A stretch of DNA of 64,000 nt from Lachnospiraceae bacterium (GTDB lineage Bacteria > Bacillota > Clostridia > TANB77 > CAG-508): assembly GCA_963621995.1 (NCBI GenBank), contig CAVFFZ010000005.1:2930-66929 (forward strand). Direction: 5' to 3'. Both the position numbers and the translations under genes were made by a program. The notes below the pieces were generated by a model. That model searched no databases. It was not told the origin of the DNA and worked only from the letters and a program-made list of their open reading frames with translations. Shown here piece by piece: positions 24,701-34,453 of this stretch. Numbering within the stretch: the stretch's first letter is position 1; each line of letters begins with the position of its first letter.

Positions 24701-26797
24701 ATGAGTGATAAAAAAATAATTTCAAAAGTTACATCAGGTGTGCTATTAGGAACAATGCTTGTATACCAAGCACCAGTATTTGCTTTTACAAAAGACGAAA
24801 CTGTATATTCTAAATTAGATGCAACTGGAAATGCTTACAATACAATAGTAAGCGAACATATAATAAATACTGAAAAAGAAAAAATAATTAATGATATAAC
24901 AGATTTATTAAACCTAAAAAATAATGGAGAACAAGAGTATACTGAAGATGGTAATAAATTAGTATGGAATGCAAACGAAAGTGATATATATTACCAAGGT
25001 GAATCTCAAAAAGAATTGCCAATAGAATGTAGTATTAAATATGAATTAGACGGAAAAGAAGTATCTGCAAAGGAAATTGCAGGAAAATCCGGAAACGTAA
25101 AAATTACTATAGAATACACAAACAAAGATAAGCACATTGTAAATATAAATGGAAAAAATGAAACATTATATACACCATTTGTTGTAGTATGTGGGGCAAT
25201 TATAAATAATGAAAATAACAAAAATATAGAAATTACAAATGGTAAAATGATAGACAATGGGAACAAAACAACTGTTATAGGAATTACATTACCAGGAATG
25301 CAAGAAAGTTTGGGAATATCTAAAGATAAATTAGAAATTCCAAATAAAGTAGAAATTACTATGGAAGCTTCAAACTTTGAAATGAGCAATATAGTAACCT
25401 ATGTTACACCAAAAATAATAGAATCAAGTGATTTAGATATACTAAATGATATAGATGAAATATACAGTAAAGTAAATGAATTACAAAGTTCAAGTGAACA
25501 AATAGAAGAAGGAGCAAATAAATTAAAAGATGGTTCAAGTCAATTAGTAGATGGAGTAAAAGAACTGAAAGATGGAACAAGTACAGCATATAGTGGATCT
25601 AAAATGATTGAAAATGCAGTTGTAAGTAGTACAAAAAGTTTACAATCAGATAAATCAGAAGCAATAGACAGTACAACATTAGAAGCAATTAAAAATCAAG
25701 CAGAATCATCTGCAACATTATCAGAAGCACAAAAAACAGCAATAAAAGCACAAGCAGAAGAAGGGGCAACATTAACAGAGGCACAAAAAACAGCAATAAA
25801 AGCTCAAGCAGAAGCGGAAGCAACACTAACAGAAGCACAAAAAACAGCAATAAAGGCACAGGCAGAAGCGGGAGCAACATTAACAGAAGCACAAAAAACA
25901 GCAATTAAAACACAGGCAGAATCATCTGCAACATTATCAGAAACACAAAAAACAGCAATTAAAAAACAAGCAACATTTACAGAGGCACAAAAAACAGCAA
26001 TAATAACAAGTGCACAAAGCAAATATCCAGCAACATTAACAGAAGCAGAAAAACAATTAATAATATCAGTAGCACAAGAAACAGCATATACATCAGCTAT
26101 AGAAGCAGCACAAGCATCTGCAAAACAAGCAGCAGGAGAAACAGCAGTGCAAACAGCAGAAACAATAGCAAAGCAAGTAGCAGGAGAAACAGCAGTGCAA
26201 ACAGCAGAAACAATAGCAAAACAAGCAGCAGGAACTACAGCAGTACAAGTAGCTGGTCAAACAGCAAAACAAGCAGCAGGAACTACTGCAGTACAAGTAG
26301 CAGGAACAACAGCAAAACAAGTAGCAGGTCAAACAGCAACAACTACAGCAACACAAGTTGGAAACCAAGCAAAACAAAAATTTACAAATCAAGTAGTTTC
26401 TCAAATGACTACATTAGGTGAATCTTTAGGAGAATTAACAGAAGGATTATCAACATTAGATAGTGGAGTAGAAAAATTATCAGCAGGAACAAATGAACTA
26501 GACTCAGGAATAACAGAACTAGCAGATGGAATAACAAAATTCAATACAGAAGGAATAGATAAAATTTGCAATTATATAAATGGAGACTTAAAAGATATAA
26601 CAACAAGAATAGATAAATTAGAAGAATTAGCAAATAACTATAATAACTTTACAATGCTAAACAGCGGAGACGAAGGAAACGTAAAATTCATAATGATATC
26701 AGATGGAATAAAAAGTGAAGAAGACAGCAAAGAAAAGATGATTGTAGAAAATAACTCAAATGAAATTAAGCAAGAAGAATCAGAAAATAAAGATTAG
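24701..26797 (+). CDS. YhgE/Pip-like surface/membrane-associated protein with X-X-X-L-X-X-G heptad segments and a central tandem-repeat region
   Basis: N-terminal signal/TM. LKDGSSQLVDGVKELKDGTS and LGELTEGLSTLDSGVEKLSAGTNELDSGITELADGI heptads flank Ala/Thr/Gln-rich repeats. Immediately downstream of the MMPL gene. Confidence 0.55.
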   Translation: MSDKKIISKVTSGVLLGTMLVYQAPVFAFTKDETVYSKLDATGNAYNTIVSEHIINTEKEKIINDITDLLNLKNNGEQEYTEDGNKLVWNANESDIYYQGESQKELPIECSIKYELDGKEVSAKEIAGKSGNVKITIEYTNKDKHIVNINGKNETLYTPFVVVCGAIINNENNKNIEITNGKMIDNGNKTTVIGITLPGMQESLGISKDKLEIPNKVEITMEASNFEMSNIVTYVTPKIIESSDLDILNDIDEIYSKVNELQSSSEQIEEGANKLKDGSSQLVDGVKELKDGTSTAYSGSKMIENAVVSSTKSLQSDKSEAIDSTTLEAIKNQAESSATLSEAQKTAIKAQAEEGATLTEAQKTAIKAQAEAEATLTEAQKTAIKAQAEAGATLTEAQKTAIKTQAESSATLSETQKTAIKKQATFTEAQKTAIITSAQSKYPATLTEAEKQLIISVAQETAYTSAIEAAQASAKQAAGETAVQTAETIAKQVAGETAVQTAETIAKQAAGTTAVQVAGQTAKQAAGTTAVQVAGTTAKQVAGQTATTTATQVGNQAKQKFTNQVVSQMTTLGESLGELTEGLSTLDSGVEKLSAGTNELDSGITELADGITKFNTEGIDKICNYINGDLKDITTRIDKLEELANNYNNFTMLNSGDEGNVKFIMISDGIKSEEDSKEKMIVENNSNEIKQEESENKD
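25697..25966 (+). repeat. Five in-frame 54-bp tandem repeats (QAExxATL[ST]E[AT]QKTAIK[AKT])
   Basis: Read directly. Further degenerate copies follow up to about 26060. Confidence 0.9.
26120..26359 (+). repeat. About five in-frame 48-bp tandem repeats (AKQ[AV]AG[ET]TAVQ[TV]A[EG].[IT])
   Basis: Read directly. Unit boundaries at 26120, 26168, 26216, 26264 and 26312. Confidence 0.85.
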
Positions 26798-26803
26798 ATA
26801 AAA

Positions 26804-26839
26804 ATGTCAATAGGGGTGTTCCTTATTGACATTTTTTTT
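26804..26839 (+). terminator. Rho-independent terminator after the YhgE-like gene
   Basis: ATGTCAATAGG-GGTGTT-CCTTATTGACAT followed by T8. Confidence 0.85.
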
Positions 26840-26849
26840 GTTATAATTT

Positions 26850-26882
26850 ATTCATATAAAGTTCATATTTAACTAGTATAAT
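26850..26882 (+). promoter_or_regulatory. ATTCAT-N5-GTTCAT-N10-TATAAT upstream of the response-regulator gene
   Basis: Hexamers at 26850-26855 and 26861-26866, TATAAT at 26877-26882. Spacing is identical to the site at 22501-22533. Confidence 0.5.
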
Positions 26883-26967
26883 AAAAAAATGAAAAAATAT
26901 ATTAGTAATTTGTCAAAATTAAAAGACAATAAATTAACACATAATATTAATAAAAATGGAGGAAATT

Positions 26968-27663
26968 ATGTTTAATATTTTAGTTGTAGAAGACGATAAA
27001 AATTTAAGAAAATTAATTGTAACTTGCTTAAAGAGAGAAAACTATAATACATACGAAGCAACAAATGGATTAGAAGCACTAAATGTATTAGATGAGCAAT
27101 ATATAGATTTAATAGTAACAGACATAATGATGCCACAAATGGATGGATATGAGTTAATAAGAGAACTGAGAGAAGCAAATTATTCAATGTCAATATTATT
27201 GGTAACAGCTAAAAGTACTTTGTCAGATAAAAAAGAAGGATTTTTATTAGGGGCAGATGACTATATGGTAAAACCTATAGATATAGAGGAATTGCCATTA
27301 AGAGTAAAAGCATTATTAAAAAGATCGAATCAAGCAAGTGAGAAAAGAATAGAAATAGGAAAACTCACAATAGATTACAATAAATTATCTGTTACAAGGG
27401 ACGGAAAAGAATATCAACTAGCACAAAAAGAATTTTATTTATTATACAAATTAGTAAGTACTCCAGATACAATCTTAACAAGACAAGAACTAATAGAGGA
27501 AGTCTGGGGGTTAGATAGTGAATCAGATTTTAGAACTGTTGATGTTCATATAAAAAGATTAAGAGAAAAATTATATGATGTAGATGAAATAGAAATCGAA
27601 ACAATTAGAGGAATAGGATATAAATTAGTAATAAAAGGTGAAAATAAATGTTTAAAAAAATAG
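26968..27663 (+). CDS. OmpR/PhoB-family response regulator
   Basis: Receiver domain ILVVEDD...DLIVTDIMMPQMDG...LLVTAK. Winged-helix C-terminus VDVHIKRLREKL...IETIRGIGYKL. RBS GGAGGA before ATG 26968. Confidence 0.9.
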   Translation: MFNILVVEDDKNLRKLIVTCLKRENYNTYEATNGLEALNVLDEQYIDLIVTDIMMPQMDGYELIRELREANYSMSILLVTAKSTLSDKKEGFLLGADDYMVKPIDIEELPLRVKALLKRSNQASEKRIEIGKLTIDYNKLSVTRDGKEYQLAQKEFYLLYKLVSTPDTILTRQELIEEVWGLDSESDFRTVDVHIKRLREKLYDVDEIEIETIRGIGYKLVIKGENKCLKK

Positions 27664-28775
27664 TACAAAAAATATTTGGAAAAAGGAATTCAATGCAAAG
27701 AAGTTTAATGAGAAGTTTTATTATTGCACTAGTGCTAGTAGCAATACTAACAGTAATAGAATTTTCAGTATTTGTAGTTCCAACAATGCAAGATAAATTA
27801 ATAGAAATAAATATTCACGACAAAGAACAAATAGATAGTCTTATATACATAACAAGAAAAATTTGTGGATTTGCAATACTAAATATAGTAATTATAAGTG
27901 CAGTATTAGTAAGAATAAATTTAAAAAATATATTTAGACCAATAGAACAAATAAACGAGGCAACTAAAAAGGTGGCTTTAGGTGAATACGATATAGAACT
28001 AGAAACAAAAAGAGAGGATGAAATAGGCGAATTAACAAACAATTTTAACAAAATGACGCGTGGTTTAAAAAGCACAGAAAATTTACAAAAAGAATTTATA
28101 AATAATGTATCACATGAAATTAAAACTCCTGTATCTTCAATAGAAGGATTTGCAAAATTCTTAAAAGATAAAAATTTAACAGATGAAGAAAGAGAAGAAT
28201 ATGCCAATATTATCATAGAAGAAGCAAAAAGATTAGAAAATTTAACAGGAAAAATATTAAAATTAAGTAAATTAAACAACCAAGAAATAATCACAAATAA
28301 ACAAGAAATAGAAGTAGCAGAACAAATAAGAAAGGCCATAAGTTTATTAGAGCCAAAGTGGGCTAAAAAAGATATAAAAATAAATGTAAGTTTAGAAGAA
28401 AAAATATTTCTAGGAGATGAAGACCTAATATTCCAAGTATGGGTAAATATAATAGATAATGCTATAAAATTTTCAAATATTGGGGAAAGTATAGATATAA
28501 AAATATATGAAAAAGATAGCAATATTAATGTAGAAATAAAAGACCACGGCATTGGAATGAAGGAAGAAGAGATAGAAAAAGTATATGATAGATTTTATCA
28601 AATAGATAAGTCACATTCAAAAGAAGGAAGTGGACTTGGACTAGCAATAGTAAAAAGAATAGTAGAATTATCTGAAGGAAAAATAGAAATAAAAAGTAAA
28701 GAAAACAAAGGAACAACAGTTATTGTAAAATTGCCAATAGCAGGTGAAAAAAATAATAAAATAATAATAAAATAA
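27648..28775 (+). CDS. Sensor histidine kinase (2 TM, HAMP, HisKA, HATPase_c)
   Basis: H-box FINNVSHEIKTPVSSI, N-box WVNIIDNAIKFS, G-boxes DHGIGM and GSGLGLAIV. Overlaps the regulator gene's 3' end. Confidence 0.9.
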   Translation: MFKKIVQKIFGKRNSMQRSLMRSFIIALVLVAILTVIEFSVFVVPTMQDKLIEINIHDKEQIDSLIYITRKICGFAILNIVIISAVLVRINLKNIFRPIEQINEATKKVALGEYDIELETKREDEIGELTNNFNKMTRGLKSTENLQKEFINNVSHEIKTPVSSIEGFAKFLKDKNLTDEEREEYANIIIEEAKRLENLTGKILKLSKLNNQEIITNKQEIEVAEQIRKAISLLEPKWAKKDIKINVSLEEKIFLGDEDLIFQVWVNIIDNAIKFSNIGESIDIKIYEKDSNINVEIKDHGIGMKEEEIEKVYDRFYQIDKSHSKEGSGLGLAIVKRIVELSEGKIEIKSKENKGTTVIVKLPIAGEKNNKIIIK

Positions 28776-28824
28776 TATAAAAATGACGCAAAATGGAAAA
28801 GTTCCTAATGTGTCATTTTTAGTA

Positions 28825-28865
28825 TTTCATACAATAGGAAAGTTATCCTTTCCTATTGTATGAAA
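28825..28865. terminator. Perfect 18-bp-stem hairpin between convergent genes
   Basis: TTTCATACAATAGGAAAG-TTATC-CTTTCCTATTGTATGAAA. Confidence 0.7.
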
Positions 28866-28997
28866 AGGGCTTTGCTCTAAAAATTGCACAGAAATTTTCT
28901 TAAGGAAAATTTCGCACAAGAACAAATTTACGGAAAGCTTCAATGTTTTTATTTTGTTGCTAATATTAGTAGTTTTTTATAACATACTATAAATTTA

Positions 28998-30254
28998 TTA
29001 GCTTTCCGATTTGTTCTGCTTTTTCTCATATAATTCTTTTGCAACTTCAGGGTTATGAGCCCCTGTAAAATCTTTAATTGGTGCAAATTCATTTTCTACT
29101 TCTACCTGTAATAGTTCAATGTCATTAAAAAAAGAAAAAGCATCAAAAATAAAAGTTTCAAATTTAAAAGTATTAGGTGTTTCTGGTACCTGTTTCATCC
29201 CTTCATCATTTATAAAAGTATTTTTCTTGAAAGCTCTGTGATAAGGCAATTTGGTATTACAAATTTTATCGATAGCAGAAACATGAAATAAATGTGCCAA
29301 CATATTCGTTTGTCTATACAAATATTTACCTTCAGCATTTTTAGCAACTTTCATACTATCTGTTAAGTGGCAACTATTTATAATAGCAGGTTTACCATTT
29401 CTCCTAGCAAATATCCAATCTTTGTCGTTAGCATTTTCTTTAAATAATGTTTTTGAAGCTATTAATTTATTGTTGTGAATTGTCAAACCTAAAAATAAAG
29501 GATCAACAATTTCTAAAATAACATTATCTACACCACTAAATGAAAGCCATTCTATTTTCTTATTATAAATATCTTCTAAAATTCCATCAACTTTCATAGA
29601 AGCGAAAACATCGCCATTTCCATTAGAAGCTTCTTTTATTTTATAAAGTTCCTCTAATATTAAATTGCTATTTATATCTATTAAAGGAAGTTGGGATTGC
29701 TTGAAAAATTTTATATATTCTTTAGGGTAGCCAAAGTAATTTTTTTCTTCAAAAAAATCTTTAGTTGCTTTATCATTATAAATACTGGTCATAATATACC
29801 AAGGAATAATTACATTATATTTTTTACAAGCCTCTTTTAGCATATCACATAGAATTTCAAAAAGAGATTTTTTAGGGATAATATCTAATTCAAAAGTACC
29901 CTTTGGACCTTTATATCCAAGTCGAGTGCCTTGGCCACCAGCCATTGTTACAACAGCAAATTTTCCATTTTTAATTGTTTCTTCGCCAATATTCTTATAT
30001 ATAACAGCATCTTCTTTAGGAAGTCTATTTTTTATGGAATAAGGTAAAGGGGCAATTAAGTTATGGGAAATTACTTCATCTATTTTAGAAGCTTCATATA
30101 AGTTAAAAATTTGTTCAAAGTTAATATTACAAATTTGATTAACTAAAAACTCTTTTTCTTCATTATTCAATTCATTATAAAAAGCAAGTAAGTGTTCTTG
30201 ATGATATTTTTTCAAGATTTCTTTTGCTTTTTCCAAATTTTGTACCATAAACAT
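28998..30254 (-). CDS. UDPGP-family (UAP1-like) UDP-sugar / UDP-N-acetylhexosamine pyrophosphorylase
   Basis: MAGGQGTRLGYKGPKGTF nucleotide-binding loop and about 418 aa, with the overall look of the eukaryote-type UDPGP family (PF01704). Confidence 0.7.
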   Translation of the reverse strand: MFMVQNLEKAKEILKKYHQEHLLAFYNELNNEEKEFLVNQICNINFEQIFNLYEASKIDEVISHNLIAPLPYSIKNRLPKEDAVIYKNIGEETIKNGKFAVVTMAGGQGTRLGYKGPKGTFELDIIPKKSLFEILCDMLKEACKKYNVIIPWYIMTSIYNDKATKDFFEEKNYFGYPKEYIKFFKQSQLPLIDINSNLILEELYKIKEASNGNGDVFASMKVDGILEDIYNKKIEWLSFSGVDNVILEIVDPLFLGLTIHNNKLIASKTLFKENANDKDWIFARRNGKPAIINSCHLTDSMKVAKNAEGKYLYRQTNMLAHLFHVSAIDKICNTKLPYHRAFKKNTFINDEGMKQVPETPNTFKFETFIFDAFSFFNDIELLQVEVENEFAPIKDFTGAHNPEVAKELYEKKQNKSES

Positions 30255-30291
30255 CTAATCCTTTTATATATCATATACAACAAATTTCAAA

Positions 30292-31086
30292 TTAGTGATT
30301 TGCTGTTCTCAAAGATTGAATAATAATTTCTTTATTAGGCATGTCAGAATCTTTTAAGTATTCAATTTCTTTTTCTATATTGTAAGGAAGACGAACTAAA
30401 GTAAAACATATAGAAGAAAGTTTTTTAGAGTCAAGTTCACCTTCTAATATAATATAAGAAGCCATAGTTGAAAATTTAGAAGTTTCATTTTCTTCACCTT
30501 CATTAGCCATTTCAACAGGAACGCCAACACTTCCAACATTAAAAATAGTTTTATTTTTAAATCTAAAAATATTTGGTGTATGTAAGTGACCATAACCTAT
30601 TACATCAGGAATAGGGTCATTTTCAGTCTTACCAATAAATTCTGTATTTTTAAATAAATCTTCAGGATTACTAATAATCTTATTAAAGTAAATTGTATCT
30701 GAATTTGGATACATTGGGTTAAAAATATGTTCTAAACTAAAAGGAGAAGCATGAAATAAACGTATTAAATGTCCACTTAGATAAAATTCATAAGAAACAG
30801 GGCAATTATAAAGAAATTTAGCTCTTTCTTCTCCAATTCGGTCCCTAGTCCAAAATCTTCCGTATTCAATTCCAGGTCTGCAAATAATTTCATCGCAATT
30901 ACCTAAAAGAATGACCTCACATTTTTTACGTAATAAATCTATAACTTTGTCCGGATTTGCACACTTAATAACGCTATCTCCAAGACAGAATATCTTTTTG
31001 ATACCCCTTCTTTCAATATCACTTATAACTGCTTTTAAAGCAGTTATATTACCATGTACATCAGATAAAATTGCAATTCTTTCCAT
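30292..31086 (-). CDS. Calcineurin-like metallophosphoesterase
   Basis: ILSDVHGN, CLGD, GNCD and GYGHLH motifs in canonical order. Confidence 0.8.
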   Translation of the reverse strand: MERIAILSDVHGNITALKAVISDIERRGIKKIFCLGDSVIKCANPDKVIDLLRKKCEVILLGNCDEIICRPGIEYGRFWTRDRIGEERAKFLYNCPVSYEFYLSGHLIRLFHASPFSLEHIFNPMYPNSDTIYFNKIISNPEDLFKNTEFIGKTENDPIPDVIGYGHLHTPNIFRFKNKTIFNVGSVGVPVEMANEGEENETSKFSTMASYIILEGELDSKKLSSICFTLVRLPYNIEKEIEYLKDSDMPNKEIIIQSLRTANH

Positions 31087-31212
31087 AAATTTCTCCTTTA
31101 ACTGAGGATAATTATATAATAAAAAAAATATATTTACAATAAATTACCATAATAATCTAGTAAAAAATTACTTTGTAATTGGAATTTAAGAGCCTATGCA
31201 ATAGTTTTTATA

Positions 31213-32706
31213 TTAAAATTTTAAATCAGACTTAACAAGACCTTTAAATAAGGCAACAATTATAAAATAAAAAACAACAAATAATAGAATTTGTGTAATT
31301 AATTCAAAAATAGAATTGCAGTAAAAATTTCTAACAATAAGATTTAATAAAATAGTAGCCAATCCGGGTTTAAAAATCCAATTAACAAAATCAATTTTAA
31401 CTTTAGTTTCTTTTATTAGTAATCCTAAACTAACAAGACCATTTAAAATTTCACTTACAAATAAAACGACAATATATCCTTTAATTCCTTGTATAGGAAG
31501 TAAAAAATAAATTAAAGTAACACTAGTTAATAAATCTAAAATATTAATTCCCATAACAGAAACTTGTTTATCAAGTCCCTTTAAAATTCCATCAACAATA
31601 TTATCCACATACATAAGAACAATTAAAGGAGATAAAACTTTTATAAAAACACAGGCACTTTCCTCGTTATAAATATAGAAAGAAAGTTCATCTGAAAAGC
31701 ACCAAAAAATTCCCATAATTAGAAAAGAAAAAATAAAGCAAAATTTTAAAATTTTACAAATAGCAAAATTAATTTTTTCATAATTCCTTTTAGCATTTAA
31801 ATAAGAAAATTCAGGTATAAGAAGCATACTAAAAGAAGAAATAAAAGTGCAAGGAAACATTATAAGAGGCATAGCCATACCGTTTACAATGCCGTATTTA
31901 GACAATGCATTTTCACAAGAAAGCCCAGATTTCTCTAAGCGGGTAGGTATTAAAATTTGTTTTAAAGTAGAAAGTCCAGATCTAATGTATGAAGTAAAAG
32001 CAATAGGAAGAGTTATCTTTAAAATCTGCTTAGTAAATGAATTGTTTTTTAATGGTATAGAAGTATTATTTCTAAAATCTTTTTTATAAAAAATAAAAAG
32101 AGCAAAGAAAGATAATACCTCTGAAATACAACTACCTAAAACAAGGCAAACACATGCTGTTTCAATAGTAGAAACTGTGAAAATATTCATAAAAAATATA
32201 ATTAAACCAATCTTTAGAACTTGTTCAAAAACTTGGCAAAAAGCAGTTTTTTTAACATTACGAATAGCAGAAAAATAGCCGTTAATGCTAGAGCTCATAG
32301 CCAAAAAAGGAAGACTTATTCCCATAATTTGAAGGCAAATTGAACTAACTTTTCCATGTAACCAATAATTAGAAATTAAAGGGGCAAGGAAAAATAAAAG
32401 TAAAAAAGAAGAAAAGCCAGTAATAAAGCTATATATTACACATTTTTTAACAGCATTTTTAATATGCTTATCATTACCAAAAGCAAGCTGTTCTGAAACA
32501 ATTCTAGAAGTGGCAAGGTGAATACCAGAACTTGCAAAAGTAACAAAAAGCATATAAACAGACATAATTAAAGAATAGACACCAACTGCACTACTTCCTA
32601 TTTTGTTAGAAATATATATACCAAAAAACATACCAATACTTCTTAAAACTAAAGAAGTAATAGTAAGTAAAATACCATTAAATAAAAATAATTTAACTTT
32701 TCTCAA
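31213..32706 (-). CDS. spoVB: MOP-superfamily flippase, stage V sporulation protein B-like
   Basis: 497 aa, about 14 TM. The N-terminus ...LRSIGMFFGIYISNKIGSSAVGVYSLIMSVY.....SGIHLATSRIVSE resembles SpoVB/MurJ-type proteins. Confidence 0.6.
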   Translation of the reverse strand: MRKVKLFLFNGILLTITSLVLRSIGMFFGIYISNKIGSSAVGVYSLIMSVYMLFVTFASSGIHLATSRIVSEQLAFGNDKHIKNAVKKCVIYSFITGFSSFLLLFFLAPLISNYWLHGKVSSICLQIMGISLPFLAMSSSINGYFSAIRNVKKTAFCQVFEQVLKIGLIIFFMNIFTVSTIETACVCLVLGSCISEVLSFFALFIFYKKDFRNNTSIPLKNNSFTKQILKITLPIAFTSYIRSGLSTLKQILIPTRLEKSGLSCENALSKYGIVNGMAMPLIMFPCTFISSFSMLLIPEFSYLNAKRNYEKINFAICKILKFCFIFSFLIMGIFWCFSDELSFYIYNEESACVFIKVLSPLIVLMYVDNIVDGILKGLDKQVSVMGINILDLLTSVTLIYFLLPIQGIKGYIVVLFVSEILNGLVSLGLLIKETKVKIDFVNWIFKPGLATILLNLIVRNFYCNSIFELITQILLFVVFYFIIVALFKGLVKSDLKF

Positions 32707-32907
32707 AAAATCACCTAACTAATTTTATGAACCAAAAATAAAAAAATGACGCATCTTTTAACTCTGTTACAAATCAAATATTTGTAGAATTAAACAATAT
32801 AGCAAATTCAAATCTAATTTATGTTAGAAGTACAATTAGAATATAGTAAGCACCAAACGACATATAACGACATAAAATATAATATATAACATGAAAGTAG
32901 GTGCAAT

Positions 32908-33651
32908 ATGAAAGAAGTATTAAAAGTTAAAAATATATCAAAGATATATCAAGCAGAAAATGGTGAAGTTGAAGCGGTAAGAGATGTTAGTTTTAGTGTG
33001 GAAGAAGGCGAATTTGTTAGCTTAATTGGACCAAGTGGATGTGGTAAGTCTACTGTGCTTTCTATTATTGCAGGTCTAGAGGAAAAGACTTCCGGAAATA
33101 TTGAAATAGACGGGCAGATAGGCTATATGCTTCAAAAAGATAGTTTGCTTGAATGGCTTACAATTTATAAAAATGTGTTATTTGGATTAGAAATTAAAAA
33201 TATAAAAACCACAGAGAATGTAAAATATGTGGAAAACTTACTTAAGAAATATAATCTATATGAATTTAAAGATAAATATCCAAATCAATTATCTGGAGGA
33301 ATGAGGCAAAGAACAGCTTTAATTAGAACTTTAGCAATAAAACCAAAAATATTACTATTAGACGAAGCATTTTCAGCACTTGATTATCAAACAAGAATAA
33401 TGGTTACCAAAGATATTTATGATATTTTGAAAAACGAGCATATTACGGCACTAATTGTAACACATGATATTTCAGAAGCAATAAGTATGTCAGACAGAGT
33501 AATTGTATTATCTAATAGACCTGCTGTTGTTAAAGAAATTCATACAATAGACTTTGAAATGGAAGATAGAACACCATTAAATTGTAGAGAAAGTCCAAAG
33601 TTTAGTAAATACTTTGATACTATATGGAAAGGACTGAATGTACATGAATAA
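32908..33651 (+). CDS. ABC transporter ATP-binding protein (NitT/TauT-type)
   Basis: Walker A GPSGCGKST, signature LSGGMRQR and Walker B LLLDEAFSALD. Confidence 0.9.
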   Translation: MKEVLKVKNISKIYQAENGEVEAVRDVSFSVEEGEFVSLIGPSGCGKSTVLSIIAGLEEKTSGNIEIDGQIGYMLQKDSLLEWLTIYKNVLFGLEIKNIKTTENVKYVENLLKKYNLYEFKDKYPNQLSGGMRQRTALIRTLAIKPKILLLDEAFSALDYQTRIMVTKDIYDILKNEHITALIVTHDISEAISMSDRVIVLSNRPAVVKEIHTIDFEMEDRTPLNCRESPKFSKYFDTIWKGLNVHE

Positions 33652-34445
33652 AGAAAAAACAATGTCAAATGACAGAAGAAAATACTTAAAAAGAAACAAA
33701 ACAGAAAAAATTGTTATAAAAATAGTTCAATTTAGCATAGTTATTGGATTAATAGTATTATGGGAAGTTTTAGCAAATAAAGGAATTATAGATAGTTTTA
33801 TTATGAGTCAACCTAGTAGAATACTAAAAACTTTTTTAAATCTATCACAAAATAATTTGCTAGAACATTTAAAAGTAACTTGTTTAGAAACATTAATAGG
33901 CTTCTTACTAGGAACATTTTTAGGAGCAATTATAGCAATACTTTTATGGTGGTCTAAATTTTTATCTAAAGTTTCAGAACCATTTTTAGTAGTATTAAAC
34001 AGTTTGCCAAAAGTAGCTCTTCGGACCAGTAATTATTATATGGGTAGGAGCTGGAATGCCAGCAATAATTGTAATGGCACTTGCAATATCTTTAATAGTA
34101 ACAATTTTAGAAATATTAAATGGCTTTTTGAATACAGACAAAGAATTAATAAAAATGGCTCAAACATTTCATGCCAACAAATTTCAAATACTAATAAGAA
34201 TAATAATACCCGCAAATAAACACACATTTTTTAACTCATTAAAGGTAAATATAGGATTATCTTTAGTAGGTGTAATAACAGGAGAATTTTTAGTATCAAA
34301 AGCAGGACTTGGATATTTAATAGTATATGGAGGGCAAGTATTCCAATTAGACTTAGTAATGACAAGTGTTATAATACTTGCAGTTGTGGCATATTTAATG
34401 TATCAAGCAGTAGTAATTCTTGAAAAAATATTTGTAAAAAGATAA
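33638..34445 (+). pseudogene. ABC transporter permease interrupted by a +1 frameshift at about 34022 (or a sequencing error)
   Basis: Frame 1 ends ...LNSLPKVAL|RTSNYY. Removing C34022 gives LNSLPKVAL-GPVIIIWVGAGMPAIIVMALAISL..., continuous with ORF 34056-34445, a typical BPD-type permease. Confidence 0.75.
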
Positions 34446-34453
34446 AATCACAA

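Noticed and set aside
25404-26404. Leu-rich and Cys-rich minus-strand ORFs (61-103 aa), and the possibility that the periodic repeats form a CRISPR array
   Set aside because: These ORFs are the antisense reading of GCA/ACA/CAA-rich tandem repeats. The repeats are contiguous with no unique spacers, lie in frame within a long + strand CDS, and have 54- and 48-bp periods, so they are not CRISPR-like.
27815-28552. 245-aa minus-strand ORF inside the histidine kinase gene
   Set aside because: It is antisense to a CDS with complete H, N and G boxes. It has no motifs and an Ser/Phe/Ile-rich composition typical of antisense frames here.
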